A DNA stretch of 64,000 nt. Source: Candidatus Hydrogenedentota bacterium (lineage in GTDB: Bacteria; Hydrogenedentota; Hydrogenedentia; Hydrogenedentales; SLHB01). The notes below the pieces were generated by a model. That model did no database searches, was not told the origin of the DNA, and worked only from the letters and a program-made list of their open reading frames with translations. The first letter of the stretch is position 1; each line of letters opens with the position of its first letter. Both the position numbers and the translations under genes were made by a program. Below are positions 27,545-37,605 of this stretch, in pieces. The DNA lies in NCBI GenBank assembly GCA_963668025.2, contig CAXXTH010000017.1, forward strand, positions 1,184,001-1,248,000, read 5' to 3'.

Positions 27545-28515
27545 ATGCCGTGGATCTCCGCATTGCAGCCCGGGCAGCGCCCGTTCCGCACTTCGTTGCG
27601 CAAAATCGAGAAGCCTTTCCGTTCGATGAGCAGCATGCCACATGCGGGGCAATGGGTGTTCTCCCCGCTGGGACTCAGCACGTTGCCGATATAAACATAC
27701 TGCATCCCTTCACCGCGTGCGATATTTCGGGCGCGTTCGAGGGTCTCGGTGGGCGTGGGTGGCAGATGTTGCATCTGGTACTGGGGGAAAAACCGGGAAA
27801 AATGCAGGGGGGTGTCCACCCCAAGGTTCCGTGCGTGCCACCGGCACAAATCGCGCAAATCCGCATCGCTGTCATTGAGCGTGGGAATGACAAGGTTCGT
27901 CACCTCCACCCAAATGCCCAATTCCTTCGATTGCACCAAAGCGTCCTGCACGGGCTTCAACGTCGCGCCGCATATCGTGCGGTAGAAATCGTCGCGTATG
28001 CTCTTCAGGTCAATGTTCGCCGCATCCGTAACCCGCCCGATGCGCGCCAATGGCTCGGGATTGATATAGCCCGCCGTCACCAGCACATTTTTTAGTCCTG
28101 CTTTGCGGGCTGCCAGCGAGCAATCATATGCGTATTCGTAATACGCAATAGGGTCCGTATATGTATAGGCAATGGACAGGCAGCCATTCTCTACTGCAAG
28201 CTGCGCGGCCTCCACTGGCGAAAGGGCTTTGGCTTCCAAATCTTCCGGATTCGCCTGGGATATCTCCCAGTTTTGGCAGTTCTTGCAATGCAGATTGCAG
28301 CCCACGGTAGCCAGCGAAAAAATGGAGGTGCCCGGCAGGAAATGGAATAGCGGTTTTTTCTCGACGGGATCTACATGAACGGCGCACGGGTGGCCATAGG
28401 TGGCCGCCACGAGCCGCCCATCCATATTGAAACGAATCCGGCACTCGCCTCGCTGTCCGGGCCCAATGACGCAGCCTTTTGGGCATAAATCACATTGCAA
28501 GTCCATGATGCACAC
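27535..28515 (-). CDS. amrS: AmmeMemoRadiSam radical SAM enzyme
   Basis: CDLCP..C, DPVEKKPLFHF.PG, GCNLHCKNCQNWEISQ, PLHFSRFFP, YVYIGN, CPAC. Confidence 0.95.
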   Translation of the reverse strand: MCIMDLQCDLCPKGCVIGPGQRGECRIRFNMDGRLVAATYGHPCAVHVDPVEKKPLFHFLPGTSIFSLATVGCNLHCKNCQNWEISQANPEDLEAKALSPVEAAQLAVENGCLSIAYTYTDPIAYYEYAYDCSLAARKAGLKNVLVTAGYINPEPLARIGRVTDAANIDLKSIRDDFYRTICGATLKPVQDALVQSKELGIWVEVTNLVIPTLNDSDADLRDLCRWHARNLGVDTPLHFSRFFPQYQMQHLPPTPTETLERARNIARGEGMQYVYIGNVLSPSGENTHCPACGMLLIERKGFSILRNEVRNGRCPGCNAEIHGIWT

Positions 28516-28684
28516 TCACTTCACGCCATCATCATAGCATAAAACGCTTGTTTGCCGGATTAACGATGGGTGTGCTAGAGTGGCCTTTTATTTGGAATTC
28601 ACCATGCGCGCGGATATGCCTCAAGCATATGAGTATCAGCGGGCCCGCGTTTGAAGTGCTTCTCGAACATAAGGGGATGGGGAA

Positions 28685-29599
28685 TTGTCTTCAATCGATA
28701 CAGTGGATCTGGCGCAATACGATTTCCTGGATTTCGGCTCATCGAAGGGGGCTTCGACGGATTTCGCCCAGCATCATCTCGGGGGCAAGCGCGGCCTTGG
28801 CCTCGATTTTGATCCGCGCAAGGTCGAAGAAGCCACGCAAGAAGGCTATGAATGCGTCTGCACCAATCTGATCGAGGTGGATTTGCCCGAAAAATGCGTG
28901 GACTTCGTGATAGTGAACCACCTCCTCGAGCATTTACACAGCATCCCGCAAATCCGCAAAGTGATCGAAAACGCGCTGCGCTCCGCCCGAAATTTCGTGT
29001 TTATCGGCGGGCCATGGTTCGACGCGGACGAGTATCTGAGCAGCCTGGGCTTCAAATTCTACTGGTCCGACTGGCATCACCACCGCGTGCATGTGACGTG
29101 CGAACTGCTAACACGCCTGTTTCGGCAATTGGGCGTGAAGGACTACGCCTTTCTCGGAAGCGAGCGCATTTACGATTCCATGCATTCGACCATCCACCCG
29201 TTTGAAGCCCCGCCGAACCAGCATCATTACAAAGAAGCGCATGGATTCAAACCCTACATGCGGTTTTCGAAGCCATTGTTTCGCGAGATGATGTGCCTGG
29301 TGTATTTGCAGGATTTTCCAGGCAGGGAAGGGCTGTTGACCATGGCGGATGGCGTGTGTCCGATTCAGCCGCTGTTCGAGGAGCGCCTCAACCATGAGCA
29401 CCTCTATACAAAGGATGACATCATCAATGATCAAATTGTTCTTTCTTGGATGCTCCGCGAGCGTCTCGAAAAAGAACGCTTAAAAAATGAATTGCTCGCC
29501 AAAGGGATTCCCGTACAAGAAGAGGATGTGGCGAATACGCCTACGCGGCTCACTCGGTTTTTGGATTTCTTCCGCAAACAGGCCCGCAACGGCGGATAG
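28685..29599 (+). CDS. Class I SAM-dependent methyltransferase
   Basis: FLDFGSSKG, GLDFD, HLLEHL; TTG start. Confidence 0.8.
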   Translation: MSSIDTVDLAQYDFLDFGSSKGASTDFAQHHLGGKRGLGLDFDPRKVEEATQEGYECVCTNLIEVDLPEKCVDFVIVNHLLEHLHSIPQIRKVIENALRSARNFVFIGGPWFDADEYLSSLGFKFYWSDWHHHRVHVTCELLTRLFRQLGVKDYAFLGSERIYDSMHSTIHPFEAPPNQHHYKEAHGFKPYMRFSKPLFREMMCLVYLQDFPGREGLLTMADGVCPIQPLFEERLNHEHLYTKDDIINDQIVLSWMLRERLEKERLKNELLAKGIPVQEEDVANTPTRLTRFLDFFRKQARNGG

Positions 29600-29614
29600 G
29601 AGCTTGGCGGCCAT

Positions 29615-30499
29615 ATGCCGAACCTCGGAAACGAAGCGGATATGCGCCCTTGTCCCGAAAACGCCCCTCTCGTCTCGGTCATTCTCACCAGTTACAATCA
29701 TGAGCCTTATATCGCGGAAGCTATCCGGAGCGTTTTTGCACAGAGCTACCGGCCCATGGAGCTTGTCGTCGTGGATGATGGCTCGAAAGACGGCTCGCGC
29801 GGCGTAATCGAAGAGGTGTTGCGCGATGCGCCCATTCCCGCCACGCCAGTATTCAAAGAAAACGGCGGGCAGGCCAGCGCCTACAACGCCGCCTGGCCCC
29901 ATGCCAGGGGAAGCCTGGTCTGTTTTATTGACAGTGATGATGTGTGGCTGCCGGACAAGGTGGAACGCATGGTTTCCTTCTGGCGGGAACACCCGGGCGG
30001 GGCGCTCTATCAACACCAGGTGCTCGTGGGCGGCGGGGTGAGCCGGCATGAATTGGTTTCCGGCGATATGCTCGCCTATTGGAGCCAATATGGCGGCGTG
30101 CTCAACATCGCTACACACGGCAGCCTCATGAAGCGGTTCGTGCCGTCGGTAGGGCTCATGTTCCCAAAGGCTATATTGGAGCGCCTGTTCCCCATGCCCG
30201 AAACGCTGGTGGTCTGCCCCGATGGCTACCTCACGCGCACGGCCTGCGCCTTGGGGCCGCTCTATTCGCTCGACACGCCATTGGCGCGCTGGCGCGATCA
30301 TGAGCGGAACTCGGGAAAGGCTTCCTGCTTCAGCTTCTACCGGTACTGGCTGCCGGTGGTCATGCCCGCCGTCAATGCGTTCTACGAAGCCCATGATGTG
30401 CCGCTGCGCTTTGTATACGACACATCCTCGTGGCATGCCAAACTATGCGATTGGGCCACCCGCTGGCGGCAATGGAAACGACAATGGCTGCGAAAATAA
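29615..30499 (+). CDS. Glycosyltransferase family 2
   Basis: VSVILTSYN, VVDDGSKD, NGGQASAYN, FIDSDD. Confidence 0.93.
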   Translation: MPNLGNEADMRPCPENAPLVSVILTSYNHEPYIAEAIRSVFAQSYRPMELVVVDDGSKDGSRGVIEEVLRDAPIPATPVFKENGGQASAYNAAWPHARGSLVCFIDSDDVWLPDKVERMVSFWREHPGGALYQHQVLVGGGVSRHELVSGDMLAYWSQYGGVLNIATHGSLMKRFVPSVGLMFPKAILERLFPMPETLVVCPDGYLTRTACALGPLYSLDTPLARWRDHERNSGKASCFSFYRYWLPVVMPAVNAFYEAHDVPLRFVYDTSSWHAKLCDWATRWRQWKRQWLRK

Positions 30500-30567
30500 G
30501 AAACCGGGTAACAAAACCGGGTAACACTTTAGCCAACTGAAGCAAAAGCACTGGGCCGTTTATCAAA

Positions 30568-30780
30568 CCGCGAATAGATACGAATATACGCAAATACCTG
30601 GTAAACTTCCGCTAATGAGAGATTTTTTGGACAGGATTTACAAGATGGACAAGATTTTTATAATGGCAATTCCGCTACATGAAAAATACACGCTTTTTCA
30701 TGGTTTAGCTTTATAAAGAATCGTTGTGATCTTGTTCAATGTGATCTTGTTCAATCTTGTCCATCTTGTTAATCATGTCT
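30568..30780. repeat. 9-bp-periodic inverted repeat pair plus a short tandem duplication
   Basis: gacaggatttacaagatggacaagatt (~30630-30656) pairs with aatcttgtccatcttgttaatcatgtc (30753-30779); tgtgatcttgttcaa occurs twice. Confidence 0.65.
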
Positions 30781-30938
30781 AAAGAACTGCTCTTGCTTCA
30801 GTCGACTAAAGTATTACGAAACCGGAGAGCTTCCGGATGCGGAACAATCCGTGGAATCCGGGCAAACCGCTTCGTGGCGAATCCTCACGGCTCTTTCTCT
30901 ACAAAGCCACGTTTTCCATATATCCGAGCTGTCCCGCG

Positions 30939-31943
30939 CTATTGGTTCTTTTGTAGCTTTTCCTTGAAGTTGTAATGCGCGGCATATTGGCCCGCTTTGT
31001 AGAGCGCGCACGCTACGAGGGCATATCCAACAAGAAAGGCGAAAGAAAAGGCGATGCTTGTCGCGATGCCGTGTAATTGCGCGGTAGACGAAAGAGAAAA
31101 AACGACCTTTGTCGCGCTGCTGCTTATTAATTGCGTGGCGGACGAAGAGGACTCCAGCTTCGTCAGATGGTCAATATTCGCCACCGTCGATGAAAAAAAC
31201 ATCCATATAACCCACCAGCCTGCCGCGGTTCCCATCGCCCGGGCTTGTCGAGGCGGCCGGTCACACCACCAGAGCCATGTCATGCATATGAACACGGGAG
31301 ATGCGGTTATACTTATCATGATAAGCATCAAAAGGCCCTGTGGCCACATCGATCCTGATCCTGATACAGGTGTTGTGTTGAACAAGTTCAAGGAAATTCG
31401 TACGAGCGATTGAATTGCTAAAAGAGCCGTTATGGAACCAGCCAAGTATGCGGGATGCCACGTGAGGAACCATGGCGTATGTCCCGCATCCAATCGCCGC
31501 TGGTAGCGCCACAGAAGCAGCCACGAGAAAATAACTGTTAGGACAGAACCAACAGCAAGTAACGCCATTAATACGCCCATATTCCAAGTGGTTGGCCATA
31601 ATCGCCTGACTGCGATTCCCAAGGAGAGGCAGATGATTTCAACTCCCGCAGTAACAATCATCGCCGCCGCCAGCCGCCGGAAAAGGCTCACATTTGTTTC
31701 ATGGCTATGCACTTCTTGAAATAACGCTTTTACTTGCGACGGATCTCCGAAGTGCTCGCGGACAAGGATGAGTGCGTCTTCCTCGGCAAGCGTTTCCTCG
31801 CCATTCAGATACGCGAGCAGCTTATCCTCCATGTGGGCGTACAGCTCCTCCTGGATTTCCGCATCCAAGTTATGAGCCACGGAGATCTTCTTGCACAACG
31901 CCCGCATCTTCTCAGACGTATACGGCTTCAGTTGCTCACCCAT
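30939..31943 (-). CDS. Permease-prefix-domain-1 membrane protein, paralogue B
   Basis: EIQEELYAHMEDK...EEDALILVREHFGDP followed by multiple TMs; start overlaps the padR-remnant stop. Confidence 0.8.
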   Translation of the reverse strand: MGEQLKPYTSEKMRALCKKISVAHNLDAEIQEELYAHMEDKLLAYLNGEETLAEEDALILVREHFGDPSQVKALFQEVHSHETNVSLFRRLAAAMIVTAGVEIICLSLGIAVRRLWPTTWNMGVLMALLAVGSVLTVIFSWLLLWRYQRRLDAGHTPWFLTWHPAYLAGSITALLAIQSLVRISLNLFNTTPVSGSGSMWPQGLLMLIMISITASPVFICMTWLWWCDRPPRQARAMGTAAGWWVIWMFFSSTVANIDHLTKLESSSSATQLISSSATKVVFSLSSTAQLHGIATSIAFSFAFLVGYALVACALYKAGQYAAHYNFKEKLQKNQ

Positions 31944-31999
31944 TGCGCGCCTCCCCAATCTGTAGAACCATCGGATTGAATGCGTTCCACTCCTTTGTA

Positions 32000-33690
32000 C
32001 CTAAAAAAGGCAGTAAGAGCTTGCTTTGGGATTTTTCCGGCCCAATTTTGTAAAGAAATAACTGTCCTGGCCCGCTCTTTACGTTGGCGCCGACAGCAGG
32101 TTGGGGGTGGCCAGCGGCCTTCCCTCGAGTATTTTGGCGAAGATCCGGCTGAGGATCGTCCGCCATCGTTCGTTCCAGTTCAACTGCCGCGCAGTTGCTT
32201 TCACCTCCAATAAAAAGGCGTTTACGGATTTCAGAACTTGTTCCATAGCATGTCCTTGCGCATGCACGGGGGTGATGGTGAGCGTGGTTTGGCCTCCGTG
32301 GCGGGTCTGCTGTCCCACACCATACAGCAGCAGAGGGCGGCTTGTGATCGCTTCGGCGTGGCGCTCCGGAATGGCCAAGCGCACGTACAAAGACCACCAA
32401 TTGTAAATCAGGGCTATGATTCGCGCCATGATTTGGCAGCGCTTCATATCGTGGGTGGTATACCCGCCCCACCCCCACTGGTTTTTCTGTTCATCGTAGA
32501 TGTTTTCCGCATCGCCCCGGTCGCGATAATGCTGGGCCAAGGCCGATAGGGGGTCTGTCAGCGAAGTGGCCAGCAGCGCGTATTCATACTGCTGCACGGC
32601 TCCCGCTTGGATCTCAATGAGCTGTAGTTGGGGGGAGGGGTCAGGCAATAGCGGCTCCGTTTCCAGAACGATACTCCCTTTGAGCTTGCGCCGCAGAACG
32701 ATTATCCGGCGTTTGCTCGTCCATCCCATAAGCTCCAGACGGTCTTCCAAACCTTCCCAGCCTTGGCCTGCTGGCGTCCAGTCCTTAGAACAAAAGGCCT
32801 GCTGGATAAGCCGTTTCACGTTGCTGGTCTGCCGCAATTTGAACAGATAGGGCACTCCGCGCGCTTCGGCTTCGCTCATGTCGCGTTCGTTGCCGAAGGC
32901 GCAGTCGCCGCGAATCATGCCCGGCCAGGCCGCGCGCGGCAAGCCATCGAGAAAATGCCACAATCCAGGCATGGTGTATTTCGCCGCCGTCTCGTTGCCC
33001 GGCCGGACTTCCACGTCCAGCACCAAGCGCGTGTTCGCCATAAAATAGGTATGCAGCACATGAGAAGGACGGCCCTGTTTCGCCGGATTGTAGCCCAGCA
33101 CGGCCCCTTCTTGATGGCCGAACAGGGGCTTCACGCTTGTATCCACGTCCAAAATCCAAGGCTCATAAAGCAACGGCTCATAACAGCGGCGCAGGTGCTT
33201 CTGTAGCCAGCCCGCGCAGGCTTCCCCGTCCGCCAGTATAAATGCCCGCCGCGCCGAGGAGGCGCTCATGATCTTGCTCATACCCAGCAAGCCCGGGTTC
33301 ACCGCGTCGTAACGGACCGCGTCAATGTGCGCATAGCGGGTGTGGCCCGCCAGCACTGATAAAAATAGCGTGCCCAGCACATCCCTCTTGCGCGGCGCAT
33401 TATTGCTGGCGTACGCCAGCGGACAGTCCTCCACCCACGCTTCAAAAAGCTCCGCCGTCTTGAGGAAATCGATAAAGAACGCCAACTGGCCAAACGGCGT
33501 CGTTGCCGCCTCCCGGTCCCATTCCACATGCACCCGGCCCCCGTAGCTATCTACGAAAATCGGCGCCTCCAAAGACAACCATTCCTCCTCTCCCAATGGG
33601 GGAGCATCTTGCTGTTGCGATTCTGTTTCCATGTTCTTTATCTTGAACTACTTCCTGCTCGACACTCAAGATTCAACTGGCGTTTTTAGG
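32000..33690 (-). mobile_element. IS1380-family element, copy 1 (1691 bp)
   Basis: Ends CCTAAAAAAGGCAGT / ACTGGCGTTTTTAGG; 5-bp TSD TTGTA (31995-31999, 33691-33695). Confidence 0.93.
32079..33632 (-). CDS. IS1380-family transposase
   Basis: ILDVDTS..PLFGHQEGA..GYNP, IRGDCAFG, YRDRGDAEN.YDE.KN. Confidence 0.92.
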   Translation of the reverse strand: METESQQQDAPPLGEEEWLSLEAPIFVDSYGGRVHVEWDREAATTPFGQLAFFIDFLKTAELFEAWVEDCPLAYASNNAPRKRDVLGTLFLSVLAGHTRYAHIDAVRYDAVNPGLLGMSKIMSASSARRAFILADGEACAGWLQKHLRRCYEPLLYEPWILDVDTSVKPLFGHQEGAVLGYNPAKQGRPSHVLHTYFMANTRLVLDVEVRPGNETAAKYTMPGLWHFLDGLPRAAWPGMIRGDCAFGNERDMSEAEARGVPYLFKLRQTSNVKRLIQQAFCSKDWTPAGQGWEGLEDRLELMGWTSKRRIIVLRRKLKGSIVLETEPLLPDPSPQLQLIEIQAGAVQQYEYALLATSLTDPLSALAQHYRDRGDAENIYDEQKNQWGWGGYTTHDMKRCQIMARIIALIYNWWSLYVRLAIPERHAEAITSRPLLLYGVGQQTRHGGQTTLTITPVHAQGHAMEQVLKSVNAFLLEVKATARQLNWNERWRTILSRIFAKILEGRPLATPNLLSAPT

Positions 33691-33772
33691 TTGTACGTTC
33701 CTCTAGGGCCTCCCTGCCCTCGGCGGTTATGTAGTAATATTTGCGCCGGGCTCACGCCACTTGCTAAGACCG

Positions 33773-34714
33773 CTAGCCCAACTTATGAAACAGCGTGTAT
33801 TGCCCCGCTTTGTAGAGCGCGCACGCTACGAGGGCATAGGCCACGAAGGAAGTAAAAGAAAGGGTGATGCTTGTCACGACGTCGGATAATGGCATGAAGG
33901 GCCACAAGGACACCCGCTTTACCAAAGTGTCGATATAGGCGGGCGAAAATGAAAATAAAAAACTCCAAACAACCCAACAGCCTGCCGCGGCTCTCATCGC
34001 CCGGGCTTGTCGAGGCGGCCGGTCACACCACCAGAGCCATACCATACATATAAACACGGGATGCATCGTTATAGGGATTATTATAAGAATAGAGTTCCAG
34101 GACCACGCCACAAATGATCTTTGTGCCGCGTTGGCATATAAGTCGGCATATAATAAGTTGAAAAACGTATCCGTGCGTGATTCTAGAAAAAATAAGGCTG
34201 CAATAACGCACGCTAAATATAGGGGACGCCAAGTGAGGAACCATGGCGTATGGCCCATATCGAGGCGGCGTTGCCAGCGCCATAGAAACAACCACGAAAA
34301 AACGATTGTAAGAGCATACACACAAGCTAATACTGCCTGGGGAGGGGCAAATGCTAGTGTCTCTGGCGGCAACCTCAGGAGGGTGATTCCTAGGGAATCG
34401 AAAATGACGCTAACGGCCATCGTGACAACCATCGCCGCCGCAAGCCGCCGGTAAAGTCTTACATTTGTGTCATACCCATGAACCTTCTGAAATAATGCCT
34501 TGACTTGTGACGGATCTCCGAAGTGCTCGCGGACAAGGATGAGTGCGTCTTCCTCGGCAAACGTTTCATCGCCATTCATATATGCGATTAGCTTGTCCTC
34601 CATGTGAGCATATAGCTCCTCCTGGATTTCCGCATCCAAGTTATGGGCCACGGAGATCTTCTTGCACAACGCCCGCATTTTTTCAGATGTGTCCGGCTTC
34701 AGTTGGTCACCCAT
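33773..34714 (-). CDS. Permease-prefix-domain-1 membrane protein, paralogue A
   Basis: Same N-terminal domain as 30939-31943; overlaps the padR stop. Confidence 0.8.
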   Translation of the reverse strand: MGDQLKPDTSEKMRALCKKISVAHNLDAEIQEELYAHMEDKLIAYMNGDETFAEEDALILVREHFGDPSQVKALFQKVHGYDTNVRLYRRLAAAMVVTMAVSVIFDSLGITLLRLPPETLAFAPPQAVLACVYALTIVFSWLFLWRWQRRLDMGHTPWFLTWRPLYLACVIAALFFLESRTDTFFNLLYADLYANAAQRSFVAWSWNSILIIIPITMHPVFICMVWLWWCDRPPRQARAMRAAAGCWVVWSFLFSFSPAYIDTLVKRVSLWPFMPLSDVVTSITLSFTSFVAYALVACALYKAGQYTLFHKLG

Positions 34715-35039
34715 TGCGCACCTCCCCAAGACGTAGAACCATCTGGTTGAATGCGTTCCATTCTTTTGTACGTTCCTCAAGGGCTTCCCGGCCCTCGGCG
34801 CTTATGTAATAGTATTTGCGGCGGCGGCCCGTGTCGGCCTCCTGCCATTGCGTGCGCACGAGTTTGGCTTTCTCCAGCTTGTGCAACACGGGATACAGCG
34901 TGCCCTCTTGCCAGAGAAACACGCCCTCGGCCTCTTTGTTGAGGCGCTTGACGATCTCGTAGCCGTAACTTGCGTGTTCCGCCAACACGCCCAGCACGAG
35001 AAGAGCGGTCGATGCACCCACCAATTCTTTGTTTGTCAT
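34707..35039 (-). CDS. PadR family transcriptional regulator
   Basis: YGYEI, [23 protein letters not shown]; GGAGG RBS. Confidence 0.95.
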   Translation of the reverse strand: [110 protein letters not shown]

Positions 35040-35052
35040 GACGGCCTCCATA

Positions 35053-35099
35053 CATAGAAGTTCTAAGGCTATGATACCAAGAACTTCTTGGCGTGTCAA
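35053..35099 (-). promoter_or_regulatory. padR promoter with two palindromic operators
   Basis: TTGACA(35099-35094)-17-TATCAT(35076-35071) with extended TG; palindromes ccaagaacttcttgg (35077-35091) and catagaagttctaag (35053-35067). Confidence 0.8.
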
Positions 35100-35162
35100 G
35101 CCCCTTTGTGGCTCCAAATCACCAGGGGGACGAAAAAGACTTCTCAAGCGAGTTCCAGACGT

Positions 35163-35250
35163 CCAAAGCGGCAGCAAGCTGCCGCACTCCAAATACTTTC
35201 GCAAAAAATACTTAGGGCGTGTATGGAGTGCGGTAGCTTGCTACCGCTTT
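35163..35250. repeat. Inverted pair of REP-like palindromes (family C)
   Basis: aaagcggcagcaagctgccgcactcca and tggagtgcggtagcttgctaccgcttt. Confidence 0.75.
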
Positions 35251-35468
35251 CATGTTCTCTTACGCGCATCTTGGCAGCATTTCCTTGCTTTGGCTTGCCG
35301 ACGCCATTTTTTGGGTAATTCCCTTTCGTGGATATGACTCAGTAATAGTACATTACATTCGCCATCATATTTTTACCCGGCGACTAAAGAGATTTTCCCG
35401 TGTCTTGTTTGTGGTGTATCATGGCTATCAACCAATCCAGGCGGTGAACTTCGTGAAGGAGAATATAC

Positions 35469-37253
35469 ATGGACATCCCGCGTGCTGAATATCCGCGCCC
35501 CCAATTGGTCCGGGAGCGCTGGCTGTGCCTGAATGGCGAATGGCAATTCGAGATGGATTGCGGTGATTCGGGCCTTGAACGGGGCCTGCTGGGGCGTGAA
35601 CTCAAGAGCCGCATCATCGTTCCTTTTTGCCCGGAATCCTCGTTGTCTGGAATAGGAAACATCGATTTCATGCCTGCGGTATGGTACCGGCGGACCATCA
35701 CGATACCGGATGATTGGGCAGGCTCGCGGGTGTTGCTGCATTTCCAAGCGGTGGATGAAGACGCTACGGTATGGGTGAATGGGATCGAAGTGGGCCGCCA
35801 TCGTGGCGGATTCGCGCCGTTCACGTGCGATGTCACCCGTGCGGCGCATCCTGGAATGGAAGCGGTGATCGTGGTGCGCGCGCGCGACGACGCCCGCGAG
35901 TGGAAGCCCATGGGCAAGCAGTCGCGGGCCTATGCCAACGCCGCATGCCACTACACGCGCACCACCGGCATCTGGCAAACGGTGTGGCTCGAGCCCGCGC
36001 CCCGCACGGCGCTCGAGCGGCCCCGCATCACGCCGGATATCACCAACGGCTGTTTCTATATCGAGCAGCGGCTCGATGGCGCGCGCGAACCGGGGCTGCA
36101 TATTCGCGTGCGTTTGTGTACGGAAGCCGGGGAAATCGCCCGCGTGGATTGCCCAGCCGACCAGGACTTCCAGCCGAAGGCCATGCTGCTCGTGCCCAGC
36201 GAGCACCGGCGGTTCTGGTCGCCCAGCGATCCATTCCTGTATACGCTTTATATTGAACTGCGTGATAGCCACGGCAATCTGCTCGATCAAGCGGAGAGTT
36301 ATGCGGGCCTGCGGGGCATATGCCTTGACGGGAAAACCATCCGCATCAATGGGCAAACCATCTTCCAACGCCTGGTGCTCGACCAGGGCTATTATCCAGA
36401 TGGCATCATGACCGCGCCAACCGAGGAAGCATTGGTGGACGATATCCGCCTGTCGCTCGAGGCGGGATTCAACGGGGCGCGCCTGCACCAGAAAGTGTTC
36501 GAGGAGCGTTTTCTGTACCATGCCGACCGCATGGGATATTTGGTATGGGCCGAATTCCCCAATTGGGGCAGCCGGGAAGAGCCAGGGAAGGAACACACCC
36601 GCGCCACCTACATCACCCAGTGGCTCGAAGCCATCGAGCGCGATTACTCGCATCCCAGCATTATCGGGTGGTGCCCGTTGAATGAAACCGTCGAATACCT
36701 TGGCGACCGTATCACTGAACTCGATGATGTCACCTGGGGCATGTTTCTCGCCACAAAGGCCTTGGATGGCACACGGCCCGTGCTGGATACTTCCGGATAT
36801 GCCCACCGGATTCCCCAGAACGATGTGTACGACTCGCATGATTACGACCAGAATCCGGAAACCTTCGCGGCGCGGCATGCGGCGTTAGCCGATGGCAAGC
36901 CTTACCTGAACGAAGCCAATGGACGCGCCATCTCGATTCCCTATGGCGGCCAGCCCTATTTCGTGAGCGAGTTCGGCGGCATCTGGTGGAATCCAGAAGC
37001 GCGCGAGGGCGAGAACTCGTGGGGGTATGGCGACCGGCCCACGAGCATTGAAGAGTTTTATACCCGGTTCGAGGGCCTATGCGCGGCGCTGCTCGATAAC
37101 TCGGATATGTTCGGCTATTGCTACACGCAATTAACGGACGTTTTCCAGGAGCAAAACGGCATCTACACCTTCGACCGCCGGACCAAGTTCGACATGAAGC
37201 GCATCCGCGCCGCCCAGGAACGGCCCGCGGCCATCGAGCCAATGTCGTTTTAA
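35469..37253 (+). CDS. Glycoside hydrolase family 2
   Basis: PRAEYPRPQ, LHFQAVD, GIWQTVWLE, LDQGYYP, GFNGARLHQK, W..LNE (acid/base) and SEFGG (nucleophile). Confidence 0.93.
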   Translation: MDIPRAEYPRPQLVRERWLCLNGEWQFEMDCGDSGLERGLLGRELKSRIIVPFCPESSLSGIGNIDFMPAVWYRRTITIPDDWAGSRVLLHFQAVDEDATVWVNGIEVGRHRGGFAPFTCDVTRAAHPGMEAVIVVRARDDAREWKPMGKQSRAYANAACHYTRTTGIWQTVWLEPAPRTALERPRITPDITNGCFYIEQRLDGAREPGLHIRVRLCTEAGEIARVDCPADQDFQPKAMLLVPSEHRRFWSPSDPFLYTLYIELRDSHGNLLDQAESYAGLRGICLDGKTIRINGQTIFQRLVLDQGYYPDGIMTAPTEEALVDDIRLSLEAGFNGARLHQKVFEERFLYHADRMGYLVWAEFPNWGSREEPGKEHTRATYITQWLEAIERDYSHPSIIGWCPLNETVEYLGDRITELDDVTWGMFLATKALDGTRPVLDTSGYAHRIPQNDVYDSHDYDQNPETFAARHAALADGKPYLNEANGRAISIPYGGQPYFVSEFGGIWWNPEAREGENSWGYGDRPTSIEEFYTRFEGLCAALLDNSDMFGYCYTQLTDVFQEQNGIYTFDRRTKFDMKRIRAAQERPAAIEPMSF

Positions 37254-37317
37254 AAGACTAGTATGGCAATTGCCCACTATCCAATGGAACGGCGTTATGC
37301 CGTATATGCTTATTTAC

Positions 37318-37496
37318 CTTTGTGTTCTTAGCGGCTTTGCGTGAGATTGAATGGATATCCTTCATCGAAGGCGTTTCTCCGGTTAGCTTTTGCATCCGTT
37401 GATAGCTTTTGCGAGCGTATCCAATCTTGTTCATCATGTAAATCATGTCAAAAAAAAGCTTTTGTTTTTTCACGCAAAGCCGCGAAGCCGCAAAGG
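37318..37496. repeat. 9-bp-periodic inverted repeat pair
   Basis: ctttgtgttcttagcggctttgcgtga pairs with tcacgcaaagccgcgaagccgcaaag; internal aatcttgttcatcatgtaaatcatgtc resembles 30753-30779. Confidence 0.6.
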
Positions 37497-37605
37497 ATTC
37501 AATGCGCGGCATAACCGTAATTAAAACACGGGATTGTAGTTACGGGTGGCTGTAGGCGAAAACGTTTTGTATTTTCTTGTAGAAGTTGGAGCGTAAGGTA
37601 TTTAG

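Larger units (their letters stand above)
31936..33748 (-). pseudogene. padR 3' remnant, interrupted by IS1380
   Basis: Removing the IS and one TTGTA gives [38 protein letters not shown], near-identical to the intact PadR C-terminus; no 5' part present. Confidence 0.85.

Noticed and set aside
30501-30526. 13-bp tandem duplication aaaccgggtaaca as a transposon footprint
   Set aside because: No element ends nearby; simple slippage is sufficient.
35373-36878. 501-aa antisense ORF over GH2
   Set aside because: Antisense shadow of a well-supported gene.
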